This document shows, one piece after another, positions 27,000 through 40,257 of a stretch of 64,000 nucleotides of DNA (position 1 is its first letter; every line of letters begins with the position of its first letter). Under the pieces are notes generated by a model. That model saw only the letters and a list, made by a program, of their open reading frames with translations. It did no database searches and was not told where the DNA came from. The translations under genes were made by a program, and so were the position numbers. Origin of the DNA: Harriotta raleighana (taxonomy: Eukaryota); contig JBNZDD010013722.1 in assembly GCA_050575255.1 (NCBI GenBank), positions 3,418,448 to 3,482,447 of the forward strand, read 5' to 3'.

Positions 27000-27355
27000 T
27001 CATACCCTCTCGCCTGCCTACCTTTCCGACTTGCTCACCGCCCACCAATCCCACCACTCCACCACCTGCTGCCTCCGCTCGGTCGGCTTCGGCCTCCTGT
27101 TTGTCCCTCACTCCCACAGTTCCACCATCAGTGCCATGCCTTCAGTCACCCCAAAACTCTGGAACGCTCTCCCTCAATCAAATCACCTTGACACCTTGCT
27201 CCCCATTTTCAAACCCCGCTTTAAGACCTTCCTTTTTGATCGCGCTTATGGTCACCTAAACCCTTCCTCTCTCCCTGGCTCGGGGTCAGATTTAAGCTCT
27301 CCAGGACACTAAATGATGTGAAAGGCGTAATATAAATGCAACTAGTTATCGTTGT
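27000..27355 (+). mobile_element. L2 LINE 3' fragment
   Basis: PKLWNALP-type motif and tail gtgaaaggcgtaatataaatgcaa. Confidence 0.75.
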
Positions 27356-28539
27356 TCAAATTATTCTTAATCCACACTCTCTGCAGCCCAAATAAAGGTT
27401 TTTTTCCTTCGCACACCTATTAATTGGTTAGTGGCAAACTAAGCTTTTTTTAAATCAATAATCAGGTCAAAGAACTGGTTTCGCATTGAAAGAGGCTAAG
27501 ATTTTAGAATAGTCTTGTGGGTGGAAGAAATGGTGTAGGATTCCTGGCTATTTCATCTGATAACTATTATATGGATCACAAATGCTCCTTCCTCCACCCA
27601 ATACTACATATAAATTCAACAAACATTTAAAGAGTTAACCACATCTTGGTCTACTTTAATCCATCACGGGCGATATGAGTAAAACCACTGCAACATTAAT
27701 GAACATTTTTCAATGATTGCTCATTCTATTCACTTTGTTAAAGCAGCAAACTGAATTACCAGCACAAAAAGGGGAAATTAATCAAAAAAATCATGTAACA
27801 ATAAACTGTAATGAAATCCCTAAGATGTCTGCAGTAAATTCAATATGAATATGATGATGGGGACGAGTTATGTATGAATGCAGATTACAGCAAGCAAAAA
27901 GTCTTATAAAATAATTAGTGCTGATAAGATGCTGGAAATAATAGACTTCAGTTTTGTCGCTTAATATACCAATAATCAGTCAACCTTTGTACACAAAGTA
28001 TGTTTTTTTAATTTAGAAAGTAAATCAAACTGGTTTATCAAAGGATAGTAATTTGCCAAGGGATTTGGGTTTTCTAAAATGGAAATGCAGCTGCAATATA
28101 TGAAACCTTTCACAATATTTCAACTATTATAATTAAATCCATAACAAGAGGATTTAAAAGTAATGTTACATTGAAATGGTTGGTGAGATGGAAACTCAGA
28201 AACTTTCAGAAACTTTTATCCCTTTGTGTAAAATGAGGGAAAACAATGTTCTTGCAATTAATTGTCTCAACAATCCTTTTATTTCTTTGCCTCATACACT
28301 GTATTAGTAAGCCAGCTGTGCTCATTCCTCAAAGCTGCTAATTTTCCCTCCAAATGGAGAGAACACAAGTAATTTTTGCCATATTTGTTAACAGAATTTT
28401 TTAACGTAAGAAATCTGGAGGTTTATCATGGTGCTATCCTGTGTGATCGCCCATTATTTACACCATTTCAAATTTGGAGCCGGCTGATTCCACCCCTGGC
28501 TGCCGGGTCGGCAAGCTGCGGCCAGGGGCGCAGGTTCAT

Positions 28540-31190
28540 TCTCCTTGCCTCCACAACCCTCCCGAGGGCAGCGTTCGGACGGCCTCAAGCCTCTATAACT
28601 CATAAAAGCCCGGAGGGACAAAGCTCATTTGACTGCCATCCAGGCCACATCCTTGTGTTTGTTAGTCAGAGCTGGGGACGAGACGTTCTCCCAGATCTGA
28701 CTGATGGTCACCAAAGGATACCCCACCAATGATCCATCACCTCTCTTTCTTGGATGGTGTTTGCGCTGCGCTGACCACCTGGAAATCCCACATAGATTCA
28801 CTGTGTTCTCAGCCAGAAATGTCTCTTTCTTTCAAATACCCAGGGACACTCCAACTCAGAGAGGTATTCCGTGATATCTGCATGAGGTGCCTTCATATCA
28901 GGGCTCCTGGCATATTCTCACACAGACACGCACAAAGGTGGCCATGAGAGTCCGGGCTACATCAGGGACACCCTTTCTTCCCTTTTCTGGAGACTTGTGC
29001 ATCGTGGCTATGAAGACAAGATCCATCCTAGAACTCCAGATAAACTTGAAGACAGCTCTGGTGACTGTGGTGGCGCTGTTTCTGGTCAAAGGCCAGACTT
29101 GAGCCATGTAACCCAGAGATCACATCACACTGGATCACCAGATTTTTCCCAGTGATTGACAGCACGTGGTTTTGGCACCACCCTGATTTCTTTTTGACTC
29201 GTGTTATCCAGTCTTCCCAGTTTTTTCCATGCATCCCGACAGCCCCAAACCAGATACCTAAGATTTGAATATAATCTGGTTTGACCGCAAAGGGTACATA
29301 TTTGTGATCTCGCCAGTTGCCAAATTACATCACCTCACTTTTTTGGCGATTTACTCTGGCACCAGAAGCCTGTGCGATAAGATCAAAGATGCCCATCAGG
29401 CTCTTGATCGATCAGCGGTCAGAGCCAAAGACTCTTACATCATCCATATACTGTATAGAAAAACCTTTGCTTGCAAGCCTTGTCTTGCAGGTCTCGGCTG
29501 CCCGGGATGGAGACACCTCTGATGCTCTCTTCCCTTCTGATTGCCTGTGCAAAGGGCTCAATGAGGCAGACAAACAAGATTGGGGAGAGGGGGTTTTCAG
29601 AGATCTTCCGGCCTGGAACCGCGCAGGTCTGATCGGGTATATTATCTGCTCCATTACAGTCTTCATCCTTTCTGAGACCACCTTGGCCAAAATTTTATAA
29701 TCTACATTAAGTAGAGATATTGGCCTCCAATTCCTTAGCTCCTCTTTCTCCCCTTTCTGTTTAAAAATCAAGGTGATGCTACCTTTCCTCATTGAGTCGG
29801 CCATAATTCCCTTCAGAAACATACTATTGTTCACTTCCAGAAAGTCCGGTCCGATCTCGTCCCACAAGACTAAGTAGAGTTCCACAGGGAGGCCATCGCT
29901 TCCTGGGGTCCTAACAGTCAGAAGGGATTTGACCGTCTTGATCTCCCCTCATCTACCACTTCAGTGAGGGCAGCCAGAAAATCCCAAGTGGCTGTGCTCT
30001 CTGTGGCTTTCTCGCAGTACAGGTCCTCATAGAAGAATCTTGCAATCCTTCGCATGCTTTCCTGTTCTTTGCACACTGAGCCGTTTTCATCCTTCAATCC
30101 AGAAATCACAGAACTGCCTCTGTTCGCTTTCTGGAAGAAGAAGCTTGTATATTCTCATCTTGTTCTATTGTACGCACTCTGGAGCTGAAAATGATCTTTG
30201 GGGCTTCAGAGGCAAGCAGCGCAGTTTGCTGGTCTCTCACCTCTTCAATTTCCTCCCTAATATCTGCACCTTCTAGATGCTGCTTTAAGAGTTTTTGTAA
30301 CTTCTTCTGCAGCCTAGACATTGTCCTATTCCTGGCCTTTGCCAATTGACCCTTTTTAGGACAAAGAATTCTTTAATTCTCACCTTTACCGTTTCCCACC
30401 ATTCTGTCGAGGGGTCGCAGAAGTCCCTCAAGGATTTCCACCCTAGATACTCCTTCCGCAACTCCTCAAGATTTTTCTGAATCATTAATTTCACATTCAG
30501 CTTTACGACCCCCGACCTGTCCTCCTGCTTTCCCGAACTTGCAAGTTCGTCAGGAGGAGGAGGCGAAGGTCAGTAAAGAACGCTGGCTGAACAATGGTAT
30601 TTTCCATTTCTGGGCCTCTTGAACAGAATAGAACGTCTTTGCATGAGAAGACCGACCAATCGAGTCTAGAAATGATGAATTGTTTGGGGGCCCCATTTGC
30701 TGGAGACTTGAAAATGTCTTGCATCTGCTCGTCCGCAACCACTCTTTGGAGCAGCCTGGACAAAGCATCTACTTTCCTATCAAATCTGTTCAATCTCCCA
30801 TTTCTCTCCAATATACAATTAAAATCTCCTCCTAAAATGACTGATTTGGATGTGACCAGCCAAGGAGGCAACATCTGGAAAAGGGTCTCTCGTTCGTACC
30901 TCCCTATCAGCCTAATCGGAGCTTCATTGTAGTTGACATCCACAACAAGGAGTGTCCCCCACCACCACCTCCTTATGGCCAGTGACTATGAGGTTCTTTC
31001 CTCACAGTAGAATCGCTACACCAGAGTTGCGGCTGTAGGTGAACCAGGTTCTGTAACTGTTGGAGTGGTCCGTAACCTGGACCAGGTTCTGTAACTGTTG
31101 GAGTGTGGGATCCAGCACTCCTGCAGGAACAGAATATCATCCAATACCCTGGATAGGTATTGAAGCTTCTCCACACACAGAGTCACGAAG
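28540..31190 (-). mobile_element. Tx1/L1-clade LINE ORF2, degenerate (APE endonuclease + RT), truncated at the zinc knuckle
   Basis: Frameshifted minus-strand motifs: ILFLQEC, VILGGDFNCIL (APE), NWRPISLLNVDYKILAKVVSER and QYMDDV (RT), KYLGIWFG, VFKFIWSSRMD, WENVSSPALTNKHKDVAW, CPREGCGGKE. Confidence 0.9.
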
Positions 31191-31229
31191 GGTACAGTCC
31201 CTTTGGAATTCTAAGAGGGGAGGGGAATA

Positions 31230-31840
31230 CCTGGGACTCCTCAATTAACATCAGGGATGTGTTCTTGAAAAGTGTGACTTTAATTGAAACAAAGTATAGC
31301 GAAACCTAAATGATCATAGACCCTAATGCTATCAATAGGGATTACGTTCCTTCGGTACGTTTCTGGTCTAAATTTTCTTACACTAATAAAGAGCAAATAA
31401 AACACTACTAGTATTGAAAATTAAAGTAAATGTTTAATAGATATATAAATAATAGAAAAATACAATTAAGAGAACATTTACTGGAGATTTTTTCTAAAGT
31501 TGTCAAAATGTACGAAGTAGCAAACATGCGCCAGCGATCACCTGTTTGGTGATCCGGAGTGGGGTAGGGAGGAGCCTCTGGTAGTCTGGCCCTTAATCTG
31601 AATGACTGCCTCCCTCCCACCGCTCCGCCCACACCATCTCCATCAACCATCTCCAGTAAGTGTTCTGTTAATTGTATTTATTATCTTATTTATATATTTA
31701 CTAAATAGTTAATCTAATCAGCTAATATCCCTTCAATTAATCCAATTTTCCAATTATTTTCTCTAACTATTTATGAATTCATCAACAATGTATAATCGAA
31801 ACAATGTATATCGGGATGATGTATAGCGAGGAATTCCAAG
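31230..31840. mobile_element. Degenerate Tigger-type non-autonomous element
   Basis: Ends cctgggactcctcaattaacatca and the reverse complement cttggaattcctcgctatacatca match at 17/24. The left end resembles the 17332 MITE end. Confidence 0.45.
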
Positions 31841-34800
31841 AATAAAAGTTACACTCTAAGATATTTCACTTAATTAATTGTAAAAAATAAGCTTTTCTAA
31901 TGAAACAGATTGTTACATGGTGTGTTTGTTGTGGTTGTTGCAAATATTTGGGTAAAAGCTTTATTAAACATTGAGGCATAAAATGTTTCGTAATGTGGCA
32001 GAAATTCAACTATTACAGAGAATAGTGCGAAGTTATCCTTCTTTGCCCTAGGGTGCACTATATTATTCCCTGCAAAGTTTTACCGTCTGCCAAGTATTTG
32101 TTCCCTGATTTGGTTTGTATTTCTGAAGATTTCTGGCCCATTATTTGGGGGTCTAATTAGTAACATTTCTTAACCAATTTCTTATTAAACAAATGTGTAA
32201 TTATCAAATTTCTAAATCATTAATATGCTGAAGTAGGCATTCAACAACATATTATAAATTGTTATAAATTTTATACGTTTATAAGTTTTATAAATTTTAT
32301 AATTACATTTATTTTAAAAATTAAGAAATTTAGCATTTTTAATTCAATTACTTTACCATTGAGATACTGTACTAGTATTCTGGGTGAAATCAAATTCCTG
32401 TCAACCTGTTCAGATGGCACAGTATTAATTCGAGAAGAGAGTTTCTTGCAATGCCNATACTGTACTAGTATTCTGGGTGAAATCAAATTCCTGTCAACCT
32501 GTTCAGGTAGTTGTTAAAGATGGCACAGTATTAATTCGAGAAGAGAGTTTCTTGCAATGCACTGGCCCCAGATGCTACACATAAAATTGGTCACTGTTCA
32601 CTGACAAAATATAAAGATTTGATACTATTTTAGGATTATTATAAGTAATATTTTATACAATGCAAATAATACTTATGTTAAGAATTAATTATATAATTGA
32701 GTGATCATTTGACAAACATGTCCATCTGTAATGGCATTAGCGGTAAAATAGCCATTGACACTTGCTATATAAGATCACTTTAAAGGGCTCCCAGCAACCA
32801 TGGAATGGACTCCAGCATGAGTCATTGCTTTCAGGGACGAACAAAATAGAAGTAAACTCTTTTCATAGCAGCGCAGCTGGGCTGCTGTATTGAGGATATG
32901 CAAACGAATCAATAAGATATTCTTGTGCTTTTCACAAAAATGCTAGGGACCAGAAATATTTAAAGAAGTTAACATTTAAAATCTGACTTGATATCGAAAA
33001 ATTCTTCAATTCCGTCTTAATTTAAAAGTCACGCTTTTAAAGAGCTTTTTCAACATTCTTCTCAATTTTATATATTAAGAGACTAAGAAACCTTCTAAAG
33101 GCCAGAAGAAATTTCAGCCCTGAATAGCGATAGGTGGTGCTTTTATATGGCTTGTTCAATTGCCCAGAAATAGATTCAAGGGATCCCTTAACAGCCAATG
33201 GAGAATCGGAAAAAATATTTTGTGTCAAACATGAATTGATGTTTAATCATAGTCAGCAGAATCCAACAACCTTGTGTTAGAAAACAAATTAACTTCATTT
33301 CACGGTAAAAAAAATCAAAGACTCGTTGTCAAGATTTTATTGCCTTACTCAGAGCATTTCATGTATTAAACCAAATTTGCATTTCATAACACTCTAAATT
33401 AATAACACTTGTAATTCAAAAGTAAATTACTGTCTTATGTTTTCAAATCTTTCATTCAATACTCTCTTAAGATATAAAGCACATGCTGTAAGTAGCAGGC
33501 AAAATTCACGAAGGAAAGAGGTTGACAAATGTAGAGATAATGGGAGTATAACTCCAATTCACGGTGTTTCTTAATGGGAATGTTCAATATGGGATCCAAA
33601 TCACCTTGTGATGAATTCTTTAGGTAATTAAAAAGACCACACTGATCCTTAGGGCAGTTGATACATAGAATTACATGGAAATCATATAATAGCAAACTTT
33701 GCATGTGATAGAGTACATTTAATAGAGTTTCACATCATCCAGACTCTCAAAGCTCTTCAAATGATGTCAATGCAGAGTATAGTGACTATGTATTTTGTAC
33801 TAAAACTTTGCATGGTGCATGGTATAGAAGAAGGTTATTCAGCCCAATTAACCCATGTACTGTCGTTGTTTACACTCCACATGGACTTCCAGCCCTTTGA
33901 AACAACTAAACTAGAATTCTACTCTATCCACTTCTATCTCATGTTTGCATCAAGATTCCTCTTAAATACAGTTTTGCTTCAACTGTAGTTTCTGACAGTG
34001 AGTTCCACATTCTCACCACCTTCAGTGTCAAGATGTTCTTCCTAGGATGATAGTATATCCGTGTTTTCCAGGGACATTCCCAGTTAGGATATTGTGTTCC
34101 TGGCCAAACTTCCCATGATGTGAGTTCGTCAACAAATTTTCATTAGCTGTCATGATCTTTCAAGTCCTCTCACAGCCGTCTCATCGACAGAGAGAAAAGC
34201 TCCAATCAATATAATCTAGAATGGAGATAAAGATCGAGCAGAAAATACTGAAAAAGAACTATTAAGAACAGAGAAATAAAAAATAGTCGCAAAAACATAA
34301 TTAAAATTGAATGCAAACATTAGCATCAATGGAACATCATTCCATTTCCTTCAATTATCTATGAAGGTGATTTCCCTCCATAGCAGTTTCATCCATGTCC
34401 AGCAAGCTTAAAGATTATACAATACATTGATCTCCCTATCACTTCTCAGTATCCTGCATGTCACTGCTTCTCTTCACAACACTTTCCCTGGTTTATTTCC
34501 TTTTCAAGTTCTCTATTGCTCNAACATTAGCATCAATGGAACATCATTCCATTTCCTTCAATTATCTATGAAGGTGATTTCCCTCCATAGCAGTTTCATC
34601 CAAGTCCAGTTAAATTTTTGTCTTTAACTTCTCCTTCCACAAAGGTCCTTTCAATATCTCTTCAAAGCATTGATTTTTTTTAAAAAAAACAGTGAACCTG
34701 AGCTGTGTGAAAGTCCAATACCACTACCTTTCTAGACATAGGTAACAAGATGTCAGTAGGAACTGAATAAAAAAGATGGTTTACGTCTTGCTGCTTGCTG

Positions 34801-35256
34801 TTGAGAACACTTACTCTCCTCATNTCCTTCCACAAAGGTCCTTTCAATATCTCTTCAAAGCATTGATTTTTTTTTAAAACAGTGAACCCGAGCTGTGTGA
34901 AAGTCCAATACCACTACCTTTCTAGACATAGGTAACAAGATGTCAGTAGGAACTGAATAAAAAAGATAGTTTACGTCTTGCTGCTTGCTGTTGAGAACAC
35001 TTACTCTCCTCATCAGATCTTGCAGAATTTGTAAAACAGCTCTAAATTCAATTTTCACAAGATCACAAGTTTGGTTTGGTTGAAGAAGGTCCTTCGGCAC
35101 TTCCAATCTTATCCCTCCACTCACTCTTTTGTCTTCCCATCACAGTATGAAATCCTTATCATTGTTGCTAAAAGGCCCCCAGACACTTATCAATGTAGCT
35201 ACAATTATCATTCATAAGGCTCTTTTAATTTTAATATTGGCGTGTCATAAGCATTA

Positions 35257-35503
35257 TACTAATCCTTGCATTTGATACAGCGCTTTTCACATCTTATTGA
35301 TGTCTCAAAGTGCTTCACAGAATATACTTTAAAGTAAATTGACTGTATATTTGTGGGCCAAATGTGGTAGCCAATTGCGCACAGCAGTGTCCCACAAACA
35401 GTTGTAGATTGAAATGACCAATTTTATCATTGTGTTTTTTTTTTGGACGGATTATATTAGGTGTGTGGAGTAAGAAAACTTGCCCAAGGTTTCACCCTGA
35501 TCT
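35257..35503 (-). mobile_element. Deu-type SINE, 5'-truncated
   Basis: Same family as 4520-4829. Confidence 0.85.
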
Positions 35504-35569
35504 TCAAGCAAAAGTATTTGATCAAATATATGAAACAATGATGTGTTTCATTTGTTTCAATAGTTTCAT

Positions 35570-36555
35570 GTGTTTCATCAAATCTTGGATGACAGCTATC
35601 TTTTTACAGGTGAATGTCAACAGGACCGAGGCACTCCTGATTGGCTCGTGCCAGCGCCTTCACACATCAGGCTCTGGCAACATTAACCTCCATAGTTGCA
35701 CACTCCACCTTAACAAGCCAGTCAGGTGTCTTGTTCAATCCTCAATTGTCTTTCCTCCCCCACATCCAAGCTATGACCTGCTCTGCCTCACTTCCTCCCG
35801 ATGTGAAAGGCGCTCTATAAATGTAATTTTGTTGTTGTAAATACAATTTTGTTGTTGTTGTTGCTTTCCATCACTTCCATAACATTGCCTGACTCCGCCA
35901 CTATCTCACCCCTCAGGCCCCTGGAACTCTCATTCATGCCTTCATCACATCCAGGCTTGATTACGACAACACTCTGCTTGTTGGCCTTCCCAACTCCTCC
36001 CTTCATAGGCTGCAGATCACCTGGAATTCTATGGCCCATACCCTCTAGTACTCCAAGCTCTGCGACCCCATCACCCCATTGTTACCCGACTCCATTGACT
36101 TCCCATCATCCAGAGGATTCAATTCAAGATCCTGATCCTTACTTTCAAAGCCTTCCATGGCCTTGACCCACTCTAACCTCTGTGACCTCTTAATCCCCTA
36201 CCAACCTACACGCTCCCTCCACTCAGCAGGTTCTGGCCTGCTCCATGTCCATATACCTAATAATGCCAATTATTAGGCATGTGGAGACATGGAGATAAAC
36301 TCCCCTCTCTTCCCTTCAGCCACTCTGCCCTTAACCTCTGGAATTCCATCCTGCAGGCCCTCTGCCTTGCCCCCTCCCTAGCTTCCTTCAAGTCCCACCT
36401 CAAGACCCTTCACATTGGTCACCCCAAATCCCCTCCTTTCCTCCATCCTCCCCAATCCTGACCCTAGCCAGAGTCTGAAACCTTGAGTGTTCAGTGCCTT
36501 GGGATGTCCTACTCATGTGAAAGGCTATACCAATAACATTTTGTGATTGTTGTTG
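35570..36555 (+). mobile_element. L2 LINE fragment with a nested short L2 tail at ~35775-35862
   Basis: IKSWMTAIFLQVNVNRTEALLIG, SRLDY- and WLP-type motifs, and two L2 tails. Confidence 0.8.
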
Positions 36556-36811
36556 GTAGTGGTTTTACAGAAATCCTACCCCTCTGTGCTATAGATAATG
36601 CCTACTGTTACTTCTGGTTTACACTTTGGATACACCCAATGTCTGCTCTAACCTCACTTCCTCAGCAAATTGTTTCCTAAACAAGAACTCTGCTTTATAC
36701 CTCGGTTCATCTAGGAGAGTATTTTCTAATATAGAAATGAAAAGAAAATGGGGAAATACTGCAATCAAAAGCAGTGTAAAGCAGAAGTTACAGTAATCAT
36801 TCTAATAAATA

Positions 36812-37124
36812 ATATAATAATCCTTGTATTTGATATAGCGATTTTCATATCTTATCGATGTCTTAAAGCACTTCACAGAATATACTGTATAGTGAATTGA
36901 CTGTATATTTGTAGCTTGGTAGCTAATTGCGCACAGCAGTGTCCCACAAACAGTCATGGATTGAAATGACCAATTTCTAATATAGTGTTTGTTTTTGGAT
37001 GGATTATTATTAGGCATGTGGAGTAAGGAAACTTGCCCAAGGTTTCACCCTGATCTGTCCGAATTCAAACACAGGTGTCACGCTTGTAGGATGAGTGCTC
37101 TAACCACTGAGTTATAGGAGCTCC
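36812..37124 (-). mobile_element. Deu-type SINE, full length
   Basis: Same family as 4520-4829. Confidence 0.9.
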
Positions 37125-38319
37125 ATTATCTACAGAACAGAGGGATACGATTTCTGTAAAATAACAAAAACACAAAATTACATTTGTAGCTGGTGCAAAG
37201 AACAGAGCTACCAGATCCAACATTTCTCTTGTTACTTTAGAGACCTTCTTCCCAATTACTGTTGAAAACTGATGTTGTAACAATTATATTTATTGAATCT
37301 ACCATTGAAGGAAGGATACTCACTGCCGATAGCTAATCAAAGCAGCCAAAGCAAACAATCTCCATTGTTTCAGGCAAGAGAGGCCCGGGAAATTGTAATT
37401 TGTCTGAAGTGGGTACATTCAATAGTCGGGAAATGGATAGAAAATAATAATGTACATAAAAATAATAATAATTTTTGCATTTGGCAAATCACTTTATTAG
37501 GTCACCAAACCTCATCATGTCTGAAAATGGTTCATCGTATTTACCCTTGTAGTGACTGTGTAATCGTAGGTGAACGAGTCGGTCAATTTGCACACTGAAA
37601 TGTCCCAGAAACAGCCACAAAGTGAATGAGCCAGTTTTACTTGGGGATTATTGATCAGGACATAGAGATAAACTCCCCTCTCTTCCACTTACCAGTTACC
37701 AGAACCTTACCAGTTAACACAGACTGACCACTACAAATAAAGGATTATAAAATAAAAATGATGAATAAAGAATCAGATCTCAGGGGGATGAAGAGAATTT
37801 TAATGAAACAATTAATAGAAGTCAAAAGCAGATAAATGCTTACATATTTGCTGAAGCTGATGCCATAAATTATTTTAAAGAGAAATTCTATTCTTTAAAA
37901 ACGGACATGGACAAAGAGTATTGGGGGTGAGCTGGAGAGTGGAATTAAATCAGGCATTTCATGAGGAGAAAAATACCACGCAGACTAGATGGACCAAATG
38001 ATTGATTTGATGTAACATTGCATGATTCTAAGGGAAAGGAGGTGAAGAGTGCAATTAAGTGGAGCTAAAAATAGTTCTTAATTTTGATCCTGAAATCTAT
38101 TTCAATACAGTATTTGTATTTCACAGGTGATCCCATGCAGCACAGGAGCAGAAGTCACTAATACAATATATGAAAGAACTATGTGCTGGTTTTAAGTCAA
38201 ATAGCATCCTGCGAAGCTCAAGTGCTGGCTCCAAGGTCAAATAAAATAATGCTGGCTTAGATCCAAATAATAGCGACAATTTTCAAAAGAATCTGGGTCT
38301 TAATCAGGTGGGGTAAACA

Positions 38320-38620
38320 TAACAACATATTACATTTGTATAGTACCTTTCATGATGGGAGGACATATCAAGACACTGATCACTCAGGGTTTTCGACCTG
38401 AACTAGGGTCGGGATCAGGAGGGGTCGAGGGCAGGAGTAGGAGGATGTCTAAAGGCATGGACAAAGAGGAGGGTCTTGAGATAGGCCTTGAAGGAGGCCA
38501 AGGAGGGAGTGAAGTGAAGGGACTGTGGAATGGAATTCTAGAAAGTGGGAGCAGAGAGGCAGAAGGCTCAACCCACCGATGGTGGGGTGGGCCAGTTGGG
38601 GGGACATGGAGGGATCCGAT
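38320..38620 (-). mobile_element. L2 LINE 3' fragment
   Basis: L2 tail plus body similar to the other copies. Confidence 0.75.
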
Positions 38621-39173
38621 GGCCATTTTTTAGGAAATGGTGCTCAGGAACATACTCTCAGAAGAGGCAAAGTAAATCTTACGAAAAAAAATTGTTTCTC
38701 CTTTCTGTTGGCTTTATTATAACCAGAGTGCTAAAAATAAACAGACATTATAATGGTTTTAAGATCAGCTCTAATGAATGCAAAGCTCTAAAGGATTTGA
38801 GGAACTCTTAAACTGGAGCCATTATACAAGATTGATGACTTTTCAGAACCTATTGAAAGTTGTAATGTACTTGCAGGGTTTGGGTACCTTTAACTGAAAG
38901 TGTTCGAATCATGTGTTTTATGATATTATCTGAAGATGGATTGTTTCTGAGGACAAAACTGTTCTTAACAACAACAACAACAAATTTACATTTATAGAAT
39001 GCCTTTCACGACAGGAGGACGTCCCAAGGCTGCAATTGCTACTACTGTTCATTCTCATCTCAGGTATGGAAATCCGCAATGGTGTTAGTTGCTCCAGGCA
39101 ACACCAGGTTTGGATTTTCTTTCTTGAATGTAAAACCAGCCCTATGGTTTCTTGGGCAACAAAATTCTCAGAT

Positions 39174-39312
39174 AAAAACACAAAATACTGCTGATGTTGT
39201 AAAACTGAAACAAAAATAGAAATTGATGGGAACACTCAGCTGGTCAGGCAGCATCTATGGAGAAAGAAAGAATGAGTCAGCGTTTCTGGTCCACGACCGT
39301 TCGGGTCACATT
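39174..39312 (-). mobile_element. Penelope-like terminal repeat fragment (also 25872-25997 + and 51113-51232 -)
   Basis: Three related copies of aaaacacaaaatactgc.gatgctggaaatctgaaa...tcaggcagcatctatggagaaag..., a common chondrichthyan repeat end. The family assignment is from recall. Confidence 0.5.
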
Positions 39313-39444
39313 TCTCAGATATTGTCTTTGAATTAAGCTACGTGACATATAGTCACACAAGCCAGATGGTTGCATTTTGTTTTGAATGTTTACTTTAACA
39401 TTGCCACTGATGCAACGCCCAATTTGCCGCACCAGATAATATAT

Positions 39445-39758
39445 AATAATATAATGCTTCTATTTGATATAGCACTTTTCATGTCTTCTAGATGTCTCAA
39501 AGTGCTTCATAGAGTATATTGTCAAGTGAATTGACTGTATATTTGTGGGTGAAACATGGTAGCCAATTGCGTACAGTAATGTCCCACAAACAGTCGTGGA
39601 TTGAAATGACCAATTTATTATAGTTGTTTTTAAACAGATTATTATTAGGAGTGTGGAGTAAGGAAATTTGCCTAAGGTTTTGCCCTGACCCGCTTAGATT
39701 CAAAACACAGGTCTCACTCTTGTAAGGCGAGTGCTCTTTCAACTGAGCTACAGGACTC
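39445..39758 (-). mobile_element. Deu-type SINE, full length
   Basis: Same family as 4520-4829. Confidence 0.85.
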
Positions 39759-39969
39759 ACATACAGTACCCATGTATCTCCCTCTTTTAAACACCTCAAT
39801 TGATTTCTGCAACTATAACATGTCAGTCAGTAGGTTCCACCTTCTCACAATTTTTTCCAATTAAAACCAAGCCAAACCACGGAACAAAAAGTTGAAGAAA
39901 ATATTCAAAATCTGCTGCTAACCAATCTTGATTGTAAAGGCACTGTATCAAACACAACAACAATAATCA

Positions 39970-40257
39970 TATATGTATTTTATATTGCGCTTTTCACATC
40001 TTCTAGATGTCTCAAAACAGTTCACAAAATATACTGTAATGTGAATTGACTGTATATACATGGGCAAAAAGTGGCAGCCAATTGCGCACAGCGATGTCCC
40101 ATAAAAAGTCATGGATTGAAATGACCAATTTTTTTTGAGAGATTGTTATCAGGCTTGTGGAGTAAGGAAACTTGCCCAAAGTTTTGCCCTGCCTGGAATT
40201 GAATCCATGTTTCTCGCTTGAAGGTGAATGCTCTTACCACAGAGCTATAGGACTCCA
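39970..40257 (-). mobile_element. Deu-type SINE, full length
   Basis: Same family as 4520-4829. Confidence 0.85.

Noticed and set aside
31042-31105. Short direct repeat accaggttctgtaactgttggagtg x2
   Set aside because: A local slippage duplication inside the dead Tx1 endonuclease region.
32765-32905. TATA-, AP-1- and octamer-like motifs close together
   Set aside because: Short motifs expected by chance in AT-rich DNA, with no independent support.
35005-35160. In-frame TGA in an otherwise open frame, as a possible selenocysteine codon
   Set aside because: No selenoprotein motif or SECIS recognised, and neighbouring relic tracts contain TAA/TAG stops as well.
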